A stretch of 64,000 bases of DNA, taken from Selaginella moellendorffii. Taxonomy: Eukaryota > Plantae > Lycopodiophyta. How positions within the stretch are numbered: position 1 is the first letter of the stretch; each line of letters starts with the position of its first letter. Made by a program: the position numbers and the translations under genes. A model generated the notes under the pieces. The model worked only from the letters and a program-made list of their open reading frames with translations. It ran no database searches and had not been told where the DNA came from. The stretch is taken from assembly GCF_000143415.4 (NCBI RefSeq), contig NW_003314268.1, forward strand, positions 1,782,672-1,846,671. The letters run 5' to 3'. Of the stretch, positions 1 to 12,808 are shown in pieces.

Positions 1-597
1 TCACTCCGCCATTACTCAGCACGTCGGCGTTGAGCGGAACCGTGACCTTGATCTCGTCGGCCACCTTGTGCTTCACCAGCGCCTGGTGGATGTTCACCGC
101 CGCCGGCAGAGTGGAGCTTATGAAGCTCCCGTTGTAAGCCGTGAGGAAAGGCTCGTTGCCCACCGCCACGTACCTGCGGCAAGGCAAGCAAACAACAAAG
201 ATGTCAGCTCCACCGCGCTCGTCAGCTGCGAGCAAGAAAGGACTCACTTGATCTTGACGCCACCATCGATCAAGAAGCGGGTGACATTGCGCTTGACCCA
301 CCTCTCCGCGGCGTCGGTGCTAGTGGCCATCATTTCAAGCATGTCATTGGGGATTGCAACCATGACCTCGATGTCAGTACCTGCGAACGCCCTCACCATT
401 GCGAAATCCGCATCGAACAGCTTCACCCGGGTGATGTTGTTGGCCCTGAGCAGCCGCGCCACAACCTTTGGGGGCAAAAGGTGCGACGACATTGTGCCAT
501 AGTTCACCCCGAGCGCTGCCTCTGACACGCCCATCCACGCCACCACCGCCACCATCGCCACCAATCCCAGCAGCAGCTGCTGGCCAAGAATCGCCAT
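1..597 (-). CDS. Glucan endo-1,3-beta-glucosidase (GH17), 5' part; runs off the window
   Basis: Signal peptide then [21 protein letters not shown]...VKLFDAD; intron ~175-247 (GT..AG); exon 2 reads [10 protein letters not shown]. Confidence 0.92.
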
Positions 598-886
598 CTT
601 GGGCGCCTCACACCACTTTCCCTTGGCTACCTAGCTGCGTACAGGAAAAGAGGGTCCCCTGTGGCACCGCCTCCTCTTTAGGTCAACCTCATGGTTTGAA
701 AAACCCCCCGGAACGGTCGGCTGTGTCTGAAAACGTCAGGCTGACACGTGGATCCTTGTCACTAGCCGAATTGCTTGCCCTTTTTCCACTCACAATCATC
801 TTCTTCTTTAGTCCTAGCTGAGCCTTGATCATGGCAACCAGTATCTTTTAAGACTAAGTTCTTGTCAATTTGCCCTAGCTTATGAA

Positions 887-2221
887 ATGGAGGTTTTGAG
901 CGAGGTGCATCTGGAATGCGGATCTGGATGCGTCGTGTCCTGCTTCACAATCAGCAGCGCCAAGTCAGGTACACTCTCTGGGCTCGGATCGTCCACCCAA
1001 ATATCTTCCTACGCAGACAGTGACAAAGTTCCATCGGCTCAAGGGCGCAGCTCGGCGGCGCATCAAGTGGATACAACGAGTGGAGTGGACGACGATGGTG
1101 ATCTCATTGTCGCTCGGAGAAGCACAGCAGTTTTGGTTCCAGGTAACCTTTCCAAGTTCCGGGAGTGTTGAGTGCTATCTAAAGGGACTGTGCAGACAGG
1201 CCGAGAGAGTCCATACTGATATATCACAACATGGCCACCGCCATCCCTCTAGTAGGTTTGCAGGTACAGCGGGCGCGCCTAAGCTTGCAGTGTGGATGAA
1301 TTCCGGATGCCTCCTCAGGTGTGGAGAGGAGCACTACTCCTTGCCGACTTTATAATCCACAAGTGCAAGAACACCTCCGACTTTGAGAATGTCACGGCTC
1401 TGGAATTCGGGTGCGGGACAGGTAAAGGTGCTTCCTTCCTGCGTGTGTGAATTTGTTTCCCCATCTGCAGGACTAGCAGGCATTACCCTTGCACGCCATG
1501 CCAAGCTCGTTTTCCTGACGGACAGGGGTGCGGATGTGCTTGACAACTGCTCTCGGAACGTTTTTGCAAACCGCGAGTCCTTTCTTCGGGGCGAGTCCGG
1601 CGTTAGAGTGCGAGAGCTGGATTGGGAGGAAGGCTGGCCACCCCGGACGACAAACATGCAACAGGCAGCGTGAGTTTGTGTTCCCCAATTGTTCTTTCAA
1701 TCCGCTTGACGCTTGCTTTACTCCACAGGACGAGCTCTCCGTACCTTTGGAGCCAACAGGATCTCAAGGATGTGGAGGACGCCACCATCTTTCTGGCCGC
1801 AGATGTCATCTACAGCGACGACTTGACCGATGCTTTCTTCCGAGCTGTGTCAAAGATGCTCCTTCCTGGATCAAACAAAGTTGAGCCAAAGTCCTACCTT
1901 AAAGCTCTCGAGTTCCTTCTCACTCCACCTGGTGCACAGGCACTCTACCTTGGACTTGAGAAGCGCTACAATTTTTCCATGGACGCGCTGGACGTGGTAG
2001 CCAATGGCTATGCAAACTTTGTTGGACACCTGAGCGTAGAAGGTATTCTCATCTGGTCGTTCCTCGTCAGCCTGATCTAGGATGGTGCAGGGGAAAACAC
2101 CAGTGCTGCATTCCTCGGCAAACGTTTGGATGATTTCACGGTCCCAAAATACATTATGGAATACGATCGCGGTACAGACTTGGAGCTATGGGAGATATGT
2201 GCAGCGCCACAGAGGCAGTGA
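887..2221 (+). CDS. METTL22-like SAM-dependent protein methyltransferase, multi-exon
   Basis: Spliced peptides VLSEVHL, VDDDGDL, QVWRGALLLADFI, ALEFGCGTGLAG, VRELDW, AADVIYSDDLTDAFF, LEKRYNFS, YDRGTDLELWEI; stop TGA 2219-2221. Confidence 0.88.
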
Positions 2222-2233
2222 AAGCGGAGAGCA

Positions 2234-2911
2234 CTATTTGGCCTTGACCGGAAGGACCTTCTCCACGATCTTGTCGCTGAGCTCCTGCACTTGCGTCTCC
2301 AGGCTCTTGAGCGTCTCCTGCTTTTGCTCTTCCAAGTTGGCGAGAGCTTGAGCCAGCTCCTGCTCGATTCGCTCCCTTGATTTTTGCAGTTTGGCCTCCA
2401 GCTCCGCGGCGGTCTCCTTCTTCATCTTGTTCAGTGCGGCGGTGGTCTCGGCTCTGGCCGCCTGAATCAACGCCTCGGCTTCGTCTTGGAGCTTCTTAAT
2501 CTCCTCCGAGTTGTCCTTGACGCTCTCCAGCTTGTTGCGGATCATCTCGTCCCGCTCGTCCATGATTTTGCCGACGGGGGTGAACCAGATCTTGTCCAGA
2601 GCCACCATGAGGAACAGGAACTCGGCGACGATGATGGGCAGCGTGGCGTCGAAGTCGAAGAGTTTGCCGGGCTCCTTCTTTTCCTCGGCGGCCAAGGCAA
2701 GCGCCGCGGGCAAGCTGAGCGTGGCCAAGTTGAGAGCCCCGAATGCCGCATTCCGCAAGCTAGCACCGTCGAAAGCTCTGCTCAATCTCTTCACCAGCCA
2801 TTCCTGGGGGCTAGCACCAACCTTGGCTTTGCAGCTCGCCGGCGATCCCTTGCATAGGGACGCCGACACTGGGCACCGGATGACGAGAGCTCCCGCGCTG
2901 CAAGTCGCCAT
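2234..2911 (-). CDS. ATPG: Chloroplast ATP synthase CF0 subunit b' (II), nuclear-encoded, intronless
   Basis: Transit-peptide-like N-terminus from ATG 2911, then [38 protein letters not shown] and a coiled-coil stalk. Confidence 0.95.
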   Translation of the reverse strand: MATCSAGALVIRCPVSASLCKGSPASCKAKVGASPQEWLVKRLSRAFDGASLRNAAFGALNLATLSLPAALALAAEEKKEPGKLFDFDATLPIIVAEFLFLMVALDKIWFTPVGKIMDERDEMIRNKLESVKDNSEEIKKLQDEAEALIQAARAETTAALNKMKKETAAELEAKLQKSRERIEQELAQALANLEEQKQETLKSLETQVQELSDKIVEKVLPVKAK

Positions 2912-3289
2912 AGCCACGCCACAAAACCACAAACCGGGACGATAGACGGATGATATTCCTAGCGAGACAAGGCTCACGGGGTCTGGGAGCTCACGTCCGT
3001 CGGATGGAGGAGCCAACGCCCAGGATCAAGTCACGGAGCCTCCAGCCCTAGAATGCAGGGGATTCCGTTAAAACAGACGGGCTTTTAAAGGCGAGAATCT
3101 GTTAGGAGCCCCCATTTTGTGGATCGATATAGGTAGATAGGCGCCACGGCCCGATCCGAGGGCTCGCTGGATGCGCATCGGACGGCGTCGCGCCCTACGT
3201 GCTTGGCAAACGCCTCGCCCTGCCTAGATCCGCCCAGGGTTAGAAGAATCATTGTTTAGGGTTTTGTTTGCGGGGCATCGCTCGCTAGG

Positions 3290-5016
3290 ATGAACGTGGC
3301 GCCAGTGTCGTCAAATGGCTACGGTCAGCTGGATGCACAGATCGCGCAGCTGATGCAGTGCAAGCCGCTGGTAGAACACGAGGTAAAATTTCCTTCCCTC
3401 TCGGGCAAAACCCCTTTGCGCATTTTCTTGTCCGAATGTGTGACCTAAGCTCCAGCATTTCTTGCACTTCCAGTCTTTTAGGTCTCTGAAAACACTGTTT
3501 TTTTGCAGGTGCAGGCCCTCTGTGAGAAGGCCAAAGAAATTTTGATGGAAGAGAACAATGTGCAGGTAAGCTGAGCTGCTTTGGTGGTCTCACTTGTTTC
3601 ACAAAAATGTTGAGCAGCCAGTCAAATGTCCTGTCACAATTTGTGGAGACATACACGGCCAGTTCCACGACCTCGCAGAGCTCTTTAGAATCGGTGGCAA
3701 GGTGAGTGTGTATATGTTTTCCTTCTACACCCTCGGAGTCGTTGTGTGCGTTTCAAGTCCTGAGTTTTCCACCTTACTGACCAGGTTTGATCTTTAATCT
3801 CTGTCTTTGTAGTGTCCAGATACAAACTACTTGTTTATGGGCGATTATGTGGATCGTGGGTACTACTCCGTCGAGACTGCAACTGTGAGTTCTCCTCTTG
3901 TCATTTACATTCAAGCTGACTCGGTTCTTCGTTCTGCTATGCAGCTTTTGGTCGCGTTGAAGGTCCGGTATCCAGACCGAATCACCATTTTACGAGGGAA
4001 TCACGAAAGTCGGCAGGTTGGTACGACAGTTATTTAAGCTAGCCTTGGACATTGACTGTTATGTTCTTGCCATGCGACACAGATTACGCAAGTTTACGGT
4101 TTTTATGACGAGTGCCTGCGAAAGTAAGTGTTGGATCATTCATGTATCATGTATATGCGGTCGTTTCTCATGTTCTTTGTTTTTTTTTTTTTTTTTTTTT
4201 TTTTTTTGTCAGGTATGGGAATGCGAATGTTTGGAAGATCTTCACAGATCTTTTTGACTACTTTCCTTTGACGGCATTGGTATGTGAAAGCGTCGACGCT
4301 CACGGTTTAAACTTTCTGCTTCTCTACGTGACAGGTAGAGTCGGAAATCTTTTGTTTGCACGGAGGGCTTTCCCCTTCGATAGATACACTAGATCACGTG
4401 AGGCAGCTTGACCGGGTTCAAGAAGTTCCCCATGAAGGCCCGATGTGCGACTTACTATGGTCGGACCCGGATGACCGTTGCGGCTGGGGAATTTCTCCTC
4501 GTGGCGCGGGATATACTTTTGGACATGTAAGCCGGGGTTTTGCTATTGTGTGGTGTGTGCCTGAAGGTGCATTGTCATTGCAGGATATCTCAGAACAATT
4601 CAACCATACTAACAACTTAAAATTGGTTGCAAGGGCCCATCAACTAGTGATGGAAGGTTACAACTGGGGTCATGTAAGTCGTTTATGGATTGATGATTGG
4701 GATGACAATTGCTACTGTCGTTGTCAACTTTTGCAGGAGCACAAAGTAGTCACTATTTTCAGTGCGCCAAATTATTGCTATCGTTGCGGTAAGTTTCTAA
4801 GAAGTGTTTTAGGCCGTGTTGAGTTTTTGGTCTTGGCACAGGAAATATGGCGTCGATTTTGGAAGTAGATGACAACATGGGCCATACATTTATTCAGGTA
4901 GGTATAGTTGTCGATCTTTCTTCTTTGTTCTGAGCTTGTGTATCTTACAGTTTGAGCCTGCTCCAAGGCGGGGTGAACCAGACGTGACGAGAAGAACGCC
5001 AGACTATTTCTTGTAA
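3290..5016 (+). CDS. PP2A-C: Ser/Thr protein phosphatase 2A catalytic subunit, multi-exon
   Basis: [35 protein letters not shown] motifs; C-terminal TPDYFL*. Confidence 0.97.
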
Positions 5017-5459
5017 CTGGAGCTCTAAGATTCACCTTAGAATTCTTTTTGCTGAGAGGCCCAGCGATTCCCGACACCTCGACAGCGGCCGCGGCGTGCA
5101 GCTCAAAAACAAGACCACGGGAAGTTTTAAGTGCCTCGATACACCTAGTGTGCTCAAAGAATAGATAAGCCCCCCTCCATATCTGCCGGCTTCCATTCGT
5201 TCTTCTCTTGCTATCTGTAATACTAAGTAGTCTTGGTTGAGATTTTTTTGCTCAGGTGACTGCTGGAACATGGACTTATCACTGTGGTGATACGATTGTC
5301 ATTCAAAGAAAGCTGCGTTAAAAGTGTGCGTGTGTTTGTGTGTGTCGTATTATGTCCCGTGTGACTGGAGTTTCCCAAGGAAGGGACCTCAGCATTGAAT
5401 TCGGGAGGAACAAACAGAAGGAATGGAAGCCTATCTGAACAAAAAAAAAGGAAAGCGTT

Positions 5460-6435
5460 TCAATGCTTCACCTGGAGACGAGCTCCACAGCTTGGGCAGA
5501 CGGGATCTTGTCTGGGCAGCATGAAGTACGTCAAACAGCGGTGGCAGCCAAGCGCAACCATGACATTTTCATGCCCCCTGCCGCCTCGTCTTTGTGCTTG
5601 CGATGACGAGGCCTCGTTCTGGTGGTCTTGCTCTTCGTCTTCCGAGGAAGGGTGGTATGGTTGAGGGGGAAAGACGGCAGAGGCGGACGACGAGGAAGAG
5701 AAGGATGGTGCTGCCCCTGCTGCTGGCCGCGCTGAAGATGTGTGGCTGCGACTAACAACGCCGTGCTCTTGCTCTTGCTCCTGCTGCTGGAAGCTGCGAA
5801 CTTGCCTGAGAGCTCGGATTTTATCATCGGCGAGGCGAGCCACCTCTCTGGGGTCCCTGCAAGTCCGCTTGCAAGTGCTCCAGTCGATGTAGTAGACTTC
5901 CCCTGTCTGGATGGATGCAAGGAGCGCAATGTGTGAGAGGGGACAGAAATTGGAGGAGCAGAGGACTTACATTGATGTCGAGGAATTGCTCCCAGCCGTA
6001 AGGAAGAGCCTGCTGCTGGGGTTGAAGATCGACGTGCACCCGTGACCTGTCGTCGTCGTCTTCGTCATCGCCGCCCCATCTCGTCCTTTTCGGCGATGGC
6101 GATTGATCGTCACCCGCTGCTGGCTGCTGCTCTTCCTGCCGCTGCTGCTGCTGCTGGAAATCATCCCCGGTGGAGGAGGCAGAGAGGAGGCCAAGCTGGG
6201 CTTCAACCACTTGCAGAGCACCTTGGGGCCATGATCGCGCGGGATGATCTTTCTTGCTACTGCCGCCGCTAATACTGCTGCTACTCACTCGATTCTTAGC
6301 GTGCTTGCTGCTGCTGCCGCCGCCGCCACCATCACTGCTACTGCTGCTGCTGCTGTTGCTGTGGCTGGACGACTGGTGCTTCTTCTTGGAGAGCACCTGA
6401 GAGTGAGGATTGACAAGGATCCGCCCGCCTCCCAT
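5460..6435 (-). CDS. WW-domain protein, CURLY FLAG LEAF 1-like, with C-terminal CxxC..CxxC zinc ribbon; one intron ~5905-5969
   Basis: LPYGWEQFLDIN/TGEVYYIDWSTCKRTCRDPR; C-terminus VMVALGCHRCLTYFMLPRQDPVCPSCG. Confidence 0.85.
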
Positions 6436-7992
6436 GCTATGAAAGAATCAGAAACCGTACCGGACGGCTACCACTGCTCTTGTTCCCGGTGTTGTCAAGA
6501 GGTTGAAAAGAGGCCCCCTCCATGTCCTGCTCCTCCATAGCACTTCCATTTAGGTTGCAAGAGAAGAAGCAACAAGGACGACCCTCTTTTCTAGCATGCA
6601 ACCATTCCTTTCCTCTCAATTTATAAAAACAGAAAAAAGTGCTGGATGATGTAATGATGGAGCGCATTAGGGTAACTGTCAGCCACACTGCATTTCTCTT
6701 GATAAATTTTTAAACTGCCCCTTGCTTGCTCGCTTGCTTCCACTCAAGGCATTGATTTTAGCTTTTAGGCTTGCCAGCAGTCACTAAAACTACTGGTAGT
6801 GCTAAACTTTGGTTTTGTGAGTCCTGGACAGCTGAACAACTACAACCTATATCTTATTGTGCTGGTCAACAACTAGCAAGTATATTACTATTAAGTAGGA
6901 AGTGATGATCGTATAAACAAGGCCAGGGATTTGGACCTCCGTTGGGATAGTGTAGCAAGAGAATCGGCACCGCTGCCAAGCAGCCCGATACAAAAATCTC
7001 TCCTCAATCATGTTTGCATTTGTAACCATTCTTCCTTGAAGGAGAGGATATTCTTTCTTCTTGTCTTTTAGAATGGGAGAGAGAGATGGATGGATGGATG
7101 CTGGATTGAGCCATTCAATTGGCAACGTCCTTTCTAAGATGCAGCAGGCAGCTCTCTCCGTCCGGGCGGCGGCCCGTGAGTAATGCGACGAATTCCAGCG
7201 TACGAATCGTCCTGGCTCTTCCAGAAAGCGCGACAGTTTGCAAACTAACAAATATCCCGCTTGCTTTAACGCGCGATCAGGAACAAAGGAGCAAACAACC
7301 CAAAGCCTAGGAGAGGTGTGCGGCCCCAAGTTGGACTGCGACGCTGACCATGCGCAGGATTTGAATCAGGGAGGGATATGTGCGCACACATACAACACAG
7401 TAGCATTTACTCCTCGTAAATGCGAAGGGCATGGGGCGCAGCACTGCGGCCGAAGAGCTGAGCTCTCTTTGCTTGCCAGCCAGTGATAAATATATATACG
7501 AGGGAAAGGTAGCGAGCACGGTGGCAGTGGAAGGTTTTCTTTCTAACTAGTCTCGCGGTGCCCAAGCATAACACCTTTGCTACCCTTCTAAGCTACATAC
7601 TTAGTGTCGCTTTCCAGCGCGTGCAAGGCATCGGAGACGGCGTCCTCACTCCTCGGCTCGCGGACGAGCCCGTCCCAAAAGCCCCGCGGGGGTGGGGGCA
7701 GAGATGCTCATTTGGAGGCAGCCATACCATTCACCAAGGAGAGCACAGCGCGCACAAACACAGAGATACAACGGAACCCGCAGACAGACACACACACACA
7801 CACAGAAAGAGAGAGAGGGGGTGGACTTTAAAAATTTGAAAAGGCAGGAATATTCCGAGTGCCAGTAACGTCTTCCTTCACAAATCAGAAACACCACACC
7901 AGAAGATTGTAATTATATCTATAATACAAACAATTACAAAGCCATCCGGGTGACCCCGGAGAGTTTGTCGTTGGAATCCATGGCTCGCGAGC

Positions 7993-8607
7993 TCACTCGT
8001 CCGCAAAATACATGAGCAGCACGTAGAGCAGCTGCGTGGCTGCCACCACAATCGCAAACGCCTCGAGCGCTTTCTGCTCACAAAGACAAAAGTAAAACGG
8101 ATGATAACGGGTCCCCGCTGCATTGCTCTTACCAGTCTGTCAGAGTAGATGTAGCCCACATGAACCTGCTTGCAAGCGACGCTGCAAAACAGAAATCCCG
8201 CTCGGCTCGGCTCAAAAATCAAATGGCAGTTCCATCTTTCTTACCCGAAGGCGAGGAGCGTGAGAAGGAGGGCAATGACCGCCGCCGATCCTGCGCCGCC
8301 GTGGCTCTCGCTCCGCCGGTGCTTGAGATGGAAGAGACCCACCAGGACGGACGCGATGCCCACCACTCCAGCGATCAAAGAGAAGCGGATGAGGTCGGAA
8401 GTGGCTTGGTTCCCTGCGCATGCCCACGTTTTGCATTCTTTCAAAGCCTGGTTTTCAAGCGATTGCGAGTTTCTTACCTCCCGCCAAATGCCCATCCAGC
8501 TGCTCGTCCAATGCCCAGCTCGCCAGCCCCAGCAGGATGATGTAGAGGACCAAGTTCACCCCCAGGAGCGGCGCCGCGAGGCCTCTGTGCTTGGCGTAAG
8601 AAGCCAT
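7993..8607 (-). CDS. AWPM-19/PM19-like membrane protein, 4 exons
   Basis: MASYAKHRGLAAPLLGVNLVLYIILLGLASWAL / GNQAT..IRFSLIAGVVGIAS / VACKQVHVG / ALEAFAIVVAATQLLYVLL; TATA-like motif near 8794-8800. Confidence 0.88.
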
Positions 8608-8665
8608 CCTCTCTCACTCTTGTCTCGCTCTCTCTCTCCCCCGTGACTCTATATTGACAAGTAAA

Positions 8666-8668
<3 letters not shown>

Positions 8669-8700
<32 letters not shown>
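8669..8700. repeat. (CT)n microsatellite upstream of the AWPM-19 start
   Basis: About 16 perfect CT units. Confidence 0.9.
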
Positions 8701-8702
<2 letters not shown>

Positions 8703-9259
8703 GGTGACCCAATTGACAAGGAAAGGATAAAGAGAAAAGCAGAGAGAGCTGCCGGCCAGCCGGAGATGGTTCCCAAGGAAAGGTGGGGAGCATTTATATA
8801 CGGCTTTCTCCGCCAATGGGAAGAGAACTCATGGGTACCGGATCGACCGCCACGCGTCACGGAGAGGATCAAAGAGTTGCACTGCAGCTCCCAGATTGTT
8901 CAAGAATGTTTTGCTGGCCCTCCTAGCTAGAAGTTACTGTGGTTGTGTTGCTTTTCAGCTGGCAAATCTAACTTAGCTGCTACTTACCTAGCACAAATTT
9001 CTCCATTTACTTAACCTGCGTTGACTCGGAGGAGAGCGAGGAGAATCGAACCGCGGTCGCAAAAGTGTCGGAGCACTCGCGCTTTGACTAGGTGTCGTGC
9101 TTGTGTGCGGAGGTGAGAGAGAGACTGATTAGGGTTGTGGGGCAGACGAGGCGCAGGGCGGAGCATCCAGAGAATGGCTAGGAGGTGCTGATTCCATCCC
9201 TGTGGCGCTGTTGGATCCGCGAATTGCAGGTACCTTGTTGTGCGTGTTCACATAGCAAC

Positions 9260-11817
9260 ATGTCGAGCAGCCTGGGCAATCCCTCCAAATCCAAGGATTC
9301 CGCCAGAGTTGCCCAAAGAAACGGGGACAAGAGATGCAGCGGCGAGCGGCATTCGCCATCCCCTTGCTCGGGGGACAAGGAGGTGAGGTACGAGTTTGAC
9401 ACCAAGATTCCCAAGGGTCATCGAACAGACAGAGAGAAGAAGCGAGTCAAGAGGTTTGCTCCAGGGGCTGAAAAGGACAATGCGCAAGTTTCTGCTGCTG
9501 ACACGCCAAGAAGCGACACGTCCAAGCATTTGAAAAGGTTGCGAACAAGCAGAGCTAGTCGATGCCAGAGGAGAGACGAGGAGGTTGACGCAAAGCCTCC
9601 CCAGCTAGATAAGGTGGCCATGAACGACGACCAACAGGATCATCTGCCCGTGGCTAATCCGGTAGACGCGGACAAGACTGAAGGGGAAGGCCGTGAGACA
9701 CAAGCTGGGAAGCAGGAGGCTGACGAGCGAGAGGAAGGCAAGTTACAAGACAAGGTAGCGCTTGCTTCCCAAGACAACACTGCCACCGAAGATGTTGTCA
9801 ATCAAGAGGCCGTGCAAGCTATGGCGGAGAGCTTGGGAAATCACGACGCCGGTGCTGATGCTCCTCAAGAGGAGGGAGTGCCCGACGAACGCCAAGCGAT
9901 GGTGGTGCCTGAAGACAATGTGCCAGTTGTTCCCGAGGACTCAAAGCTGCCACAGGCGGAACCTGACACGTCGTTGTCGCTGGGATTGTCCAACTCGCAT
10001 CGTGCACTCAACAGGAACAAGAGCTTCCAGTCTATGTCCCAAGCAGAAACCTTTTCTCATGGCGTTACCACTTCGCTATCGCTCTCCTGTTCTCACCCGT
10101 TTACTCACAACCCCAGCTGCTCGCTCACGCACAATTCACACGACTATCAGGAGTTCTCCAGTGCAAGCCAGCCCGTGCGTCCGGAAGCCTCCTCGTATTC
10201 AGCTGGTCTAGGCAGCAGAAAGATGGAGTTTGGGGACTACGCTCGTCACCACCCCTTCAAGGGAAAAGCGGTGTCGGAAAGTAACCATTTTCCTCACCAT
10301 TCTCGTCCCAAAGGCAGCATGCACAGGAAACAGGTGAAGTCCAGCGGCCTTTCCCAGAGTGTGGGATCCTGGGAACGGTCGTTTGAGCGGGACAGGGCGT
10401 CGGCGACTTTGCGAGTCACTGTTCGTGAGGTGGTTGCTGATCCGGTTCTAGTGGTAGCGGAAAAGATGCGAAACTTACCCCGAGATGTGCTGGACGGGCT
10501 AAAGGCGTCGGCGAAGGACCTGGTGGAAAGCAGTGACCGGAGAGAAGAGTTTTTACAGCTGCAAAGAATTCTACAAACCAGGAATGACTTGTCGTCGGAC
10601 GCTCTTCACAAGTCACACCGTACTCAGGTTGAGATCTTGGTTGCTGTTAAGACGGGAAACCCAGCGTTCCTCCTGCAAGACAACCAGCTAAAACTTCTCG
10701 TCGAGGTCTTGCTCCACTCTCGATGCCGTAATGTCCAGTGCCTCAGCCAGCTTCCTGTCGACAACTGTGAGTGCAAGATATGCACCCAAAAGAACGGGTT
10801 TTGCAACGCGTGCATGTGCGTCGTGTGCTCGAAGTTCGACACGGCGCACAGCACTTGCAGCTGGGTGGGCTGTGACTACTGTATTCACTGGTGCCATACC
10901 GACTGCGGGCTGAGAAAGATGTACATTAAGCCGGGGACGACACCAGGGACTTCAGAGATGCAGTTCCACTGCATCGCATGCGGCCACACGTCCGAACTTT
11001 TTGGATTTGTGAAAGAGGTTTTTGCCTCTTGTGCCAAGTCGTGGAACCGAGGAGTACTCGTCAAGGAGCTGGATTGTGCGAGGCGAATGTTTCAGGGCAG
11101 CGAAGATTTGAGAGGGAGACAACTGTGCCGAAGAGCCGGCCAGATGATAGCCAAACTTGAGAGCAACAACCTAGACGTAGCGGAGGCCTGCAATGCCATG
11201 CTTAGATTCTTTGAAGGTACGTATTTTGTCTATTTTACTTTCTATTTCTTAGAGCTGATTTTCCAGATAGTAAAAACGTCTCCCTCCTGGAAGATGACGA
11301 GCACGCGACAGCAGGTGCTGCTCGTATTGATCCAAACACAGTATTGGAGAGAGCGACTTTGGCACTTCAGACATATGACCGCGTGTTGGAGGAGAAGCGT
11401 ACAGATGCTGCTGAAATGCAATACGAAAGAGCCAGGAAGAAAGCCGAGATAGAAGAGCTGGAGAGCATTGTCCGTATCAAACAAGCAGAGGCGAAAATGT
11501 TTCAAGCGCGTGCGGATGAAGCTTCCCGCGAGGCCGAAGGATTGCAGCGTATTGTTCTGGCTAAATGCGTCAAGGTGGAACAAGAGTACGTGGGCAAGAA
11601 ATCCAAGCTACAACTGCTCGAAGCAGAGGAGAAACGGAAGCGGAAGTTCGAGGACCTGCAGTTTCTGGAGAAAGGTTCGTCAAACTTCGACATTGTGCGC
11701 AAGTTGATGGGTGATCTGCAAGACCTGCTGGGAAACATGGAAGCTGCCAAACAGCTGCAAGCAGAGGAGGTTTCTGGAATTGAAGCGTACTTGGAGAGAT
11801 ATTTGCAGTCCAGGTAA
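9260..11817 (+). CDS. OBERON/TITANIA-like PHD-finger coiled-coil protein; start codon uncertain; intron near 11217-11260
   Basis: HNPSCSLT motif, RCRNVQCLSQLPVDNCECKIC..GFCNACMCVVCSKFD..CSWVGCD.C.HWCHTDC PHD, ELESIVRIKQAEAKMFQARADEA. Confidence 0.93.
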
Positions 11818-12808
11818 AAATCAGCGTGACGAAAAGCTTTTGTGAGCGTGGCCAACGGTTTCGTGCTTGTGGGGCAGGGTGGCATAGACCTGGCATGGCG
11901 TTTGTGTACTATCTAAGAGGGCCTACGTTGCGGAGCTGTAAAAGAGCGAGCGCATCACGGACTTGTTGAAATTTTTACCAGACAGACAGACTGAGTGATT
12001 CTTGTGATGGTTGCGTAGTCAGATTCGTGTCTCTGTTGATAGCTCTATCTAGCCATACAGGGAGAGTCGTCTCGCCCCTACCTAGAATTCCTAGGATTCA
12101 AGGTCAGGTGCACTGCTCTGCTTTTGAAGCGGTCCAATCTCTTCCGTGGAAAAATCCGACAATGCTGAGGTTAGGTGCAAGTCATTGTTCTTGTACAGGA
12201 GCTGCTGGATTAATGCCCTTGTTAGCGCAGACACAGCAAGTCTTACGAGCTCCAAGGTGAAGCAGTAAACGACTGTTACTTGTCTGGATGCTGGTGACGC
12301 ATATATTCTTAAGACAAGAACAGCTAGAGCGAAGCGAGTGTATCTCATATGACGGACTGAGTAGGCATAGGATTTACCACGAAGAACATGTGCAGGTTGG
12401 AAGCAGCGGGAGAGGCAGAGGTTCCCAACTGCTGTCTCAGAGCTACAACAGAGCTATTCTACGAGCTGCAAAGTTGAGTGTTCGCTTTCGTTGCACTGTT
12501 ACTCGATACAAGACGTGGCATGGCAATCTGTATCTTTCCACTATGCCTCCGAGAGACGACAGGTATCTCTAGCTAGTCTGCTGTATAGCTGCAGGAGCTT
12601 GCTCACAGCTGGTACTTGAGAATCAAGGCATCCACTTTTGGAAACCAGAGTCGCCTAAGATTCCGGTTCAGCTCTAGACGACATCGACTTCCGAAACATG
12701 CATTCCACTTTAACTTGTGTGACTCATCTATCTACCTTTATTGGCAGCTTTATAGTTTGTACAAGAGGAATCTAGGTAGCTATAGTCCTCCATCTTTTTC
12801 AAACATGC

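Noticed and set aside
6847-7900. Short ORFs between the CFL1-like and AWPM-19 genes
   Set aside because: No recognisable motif or consistent exon chain; may be UTR/promoter
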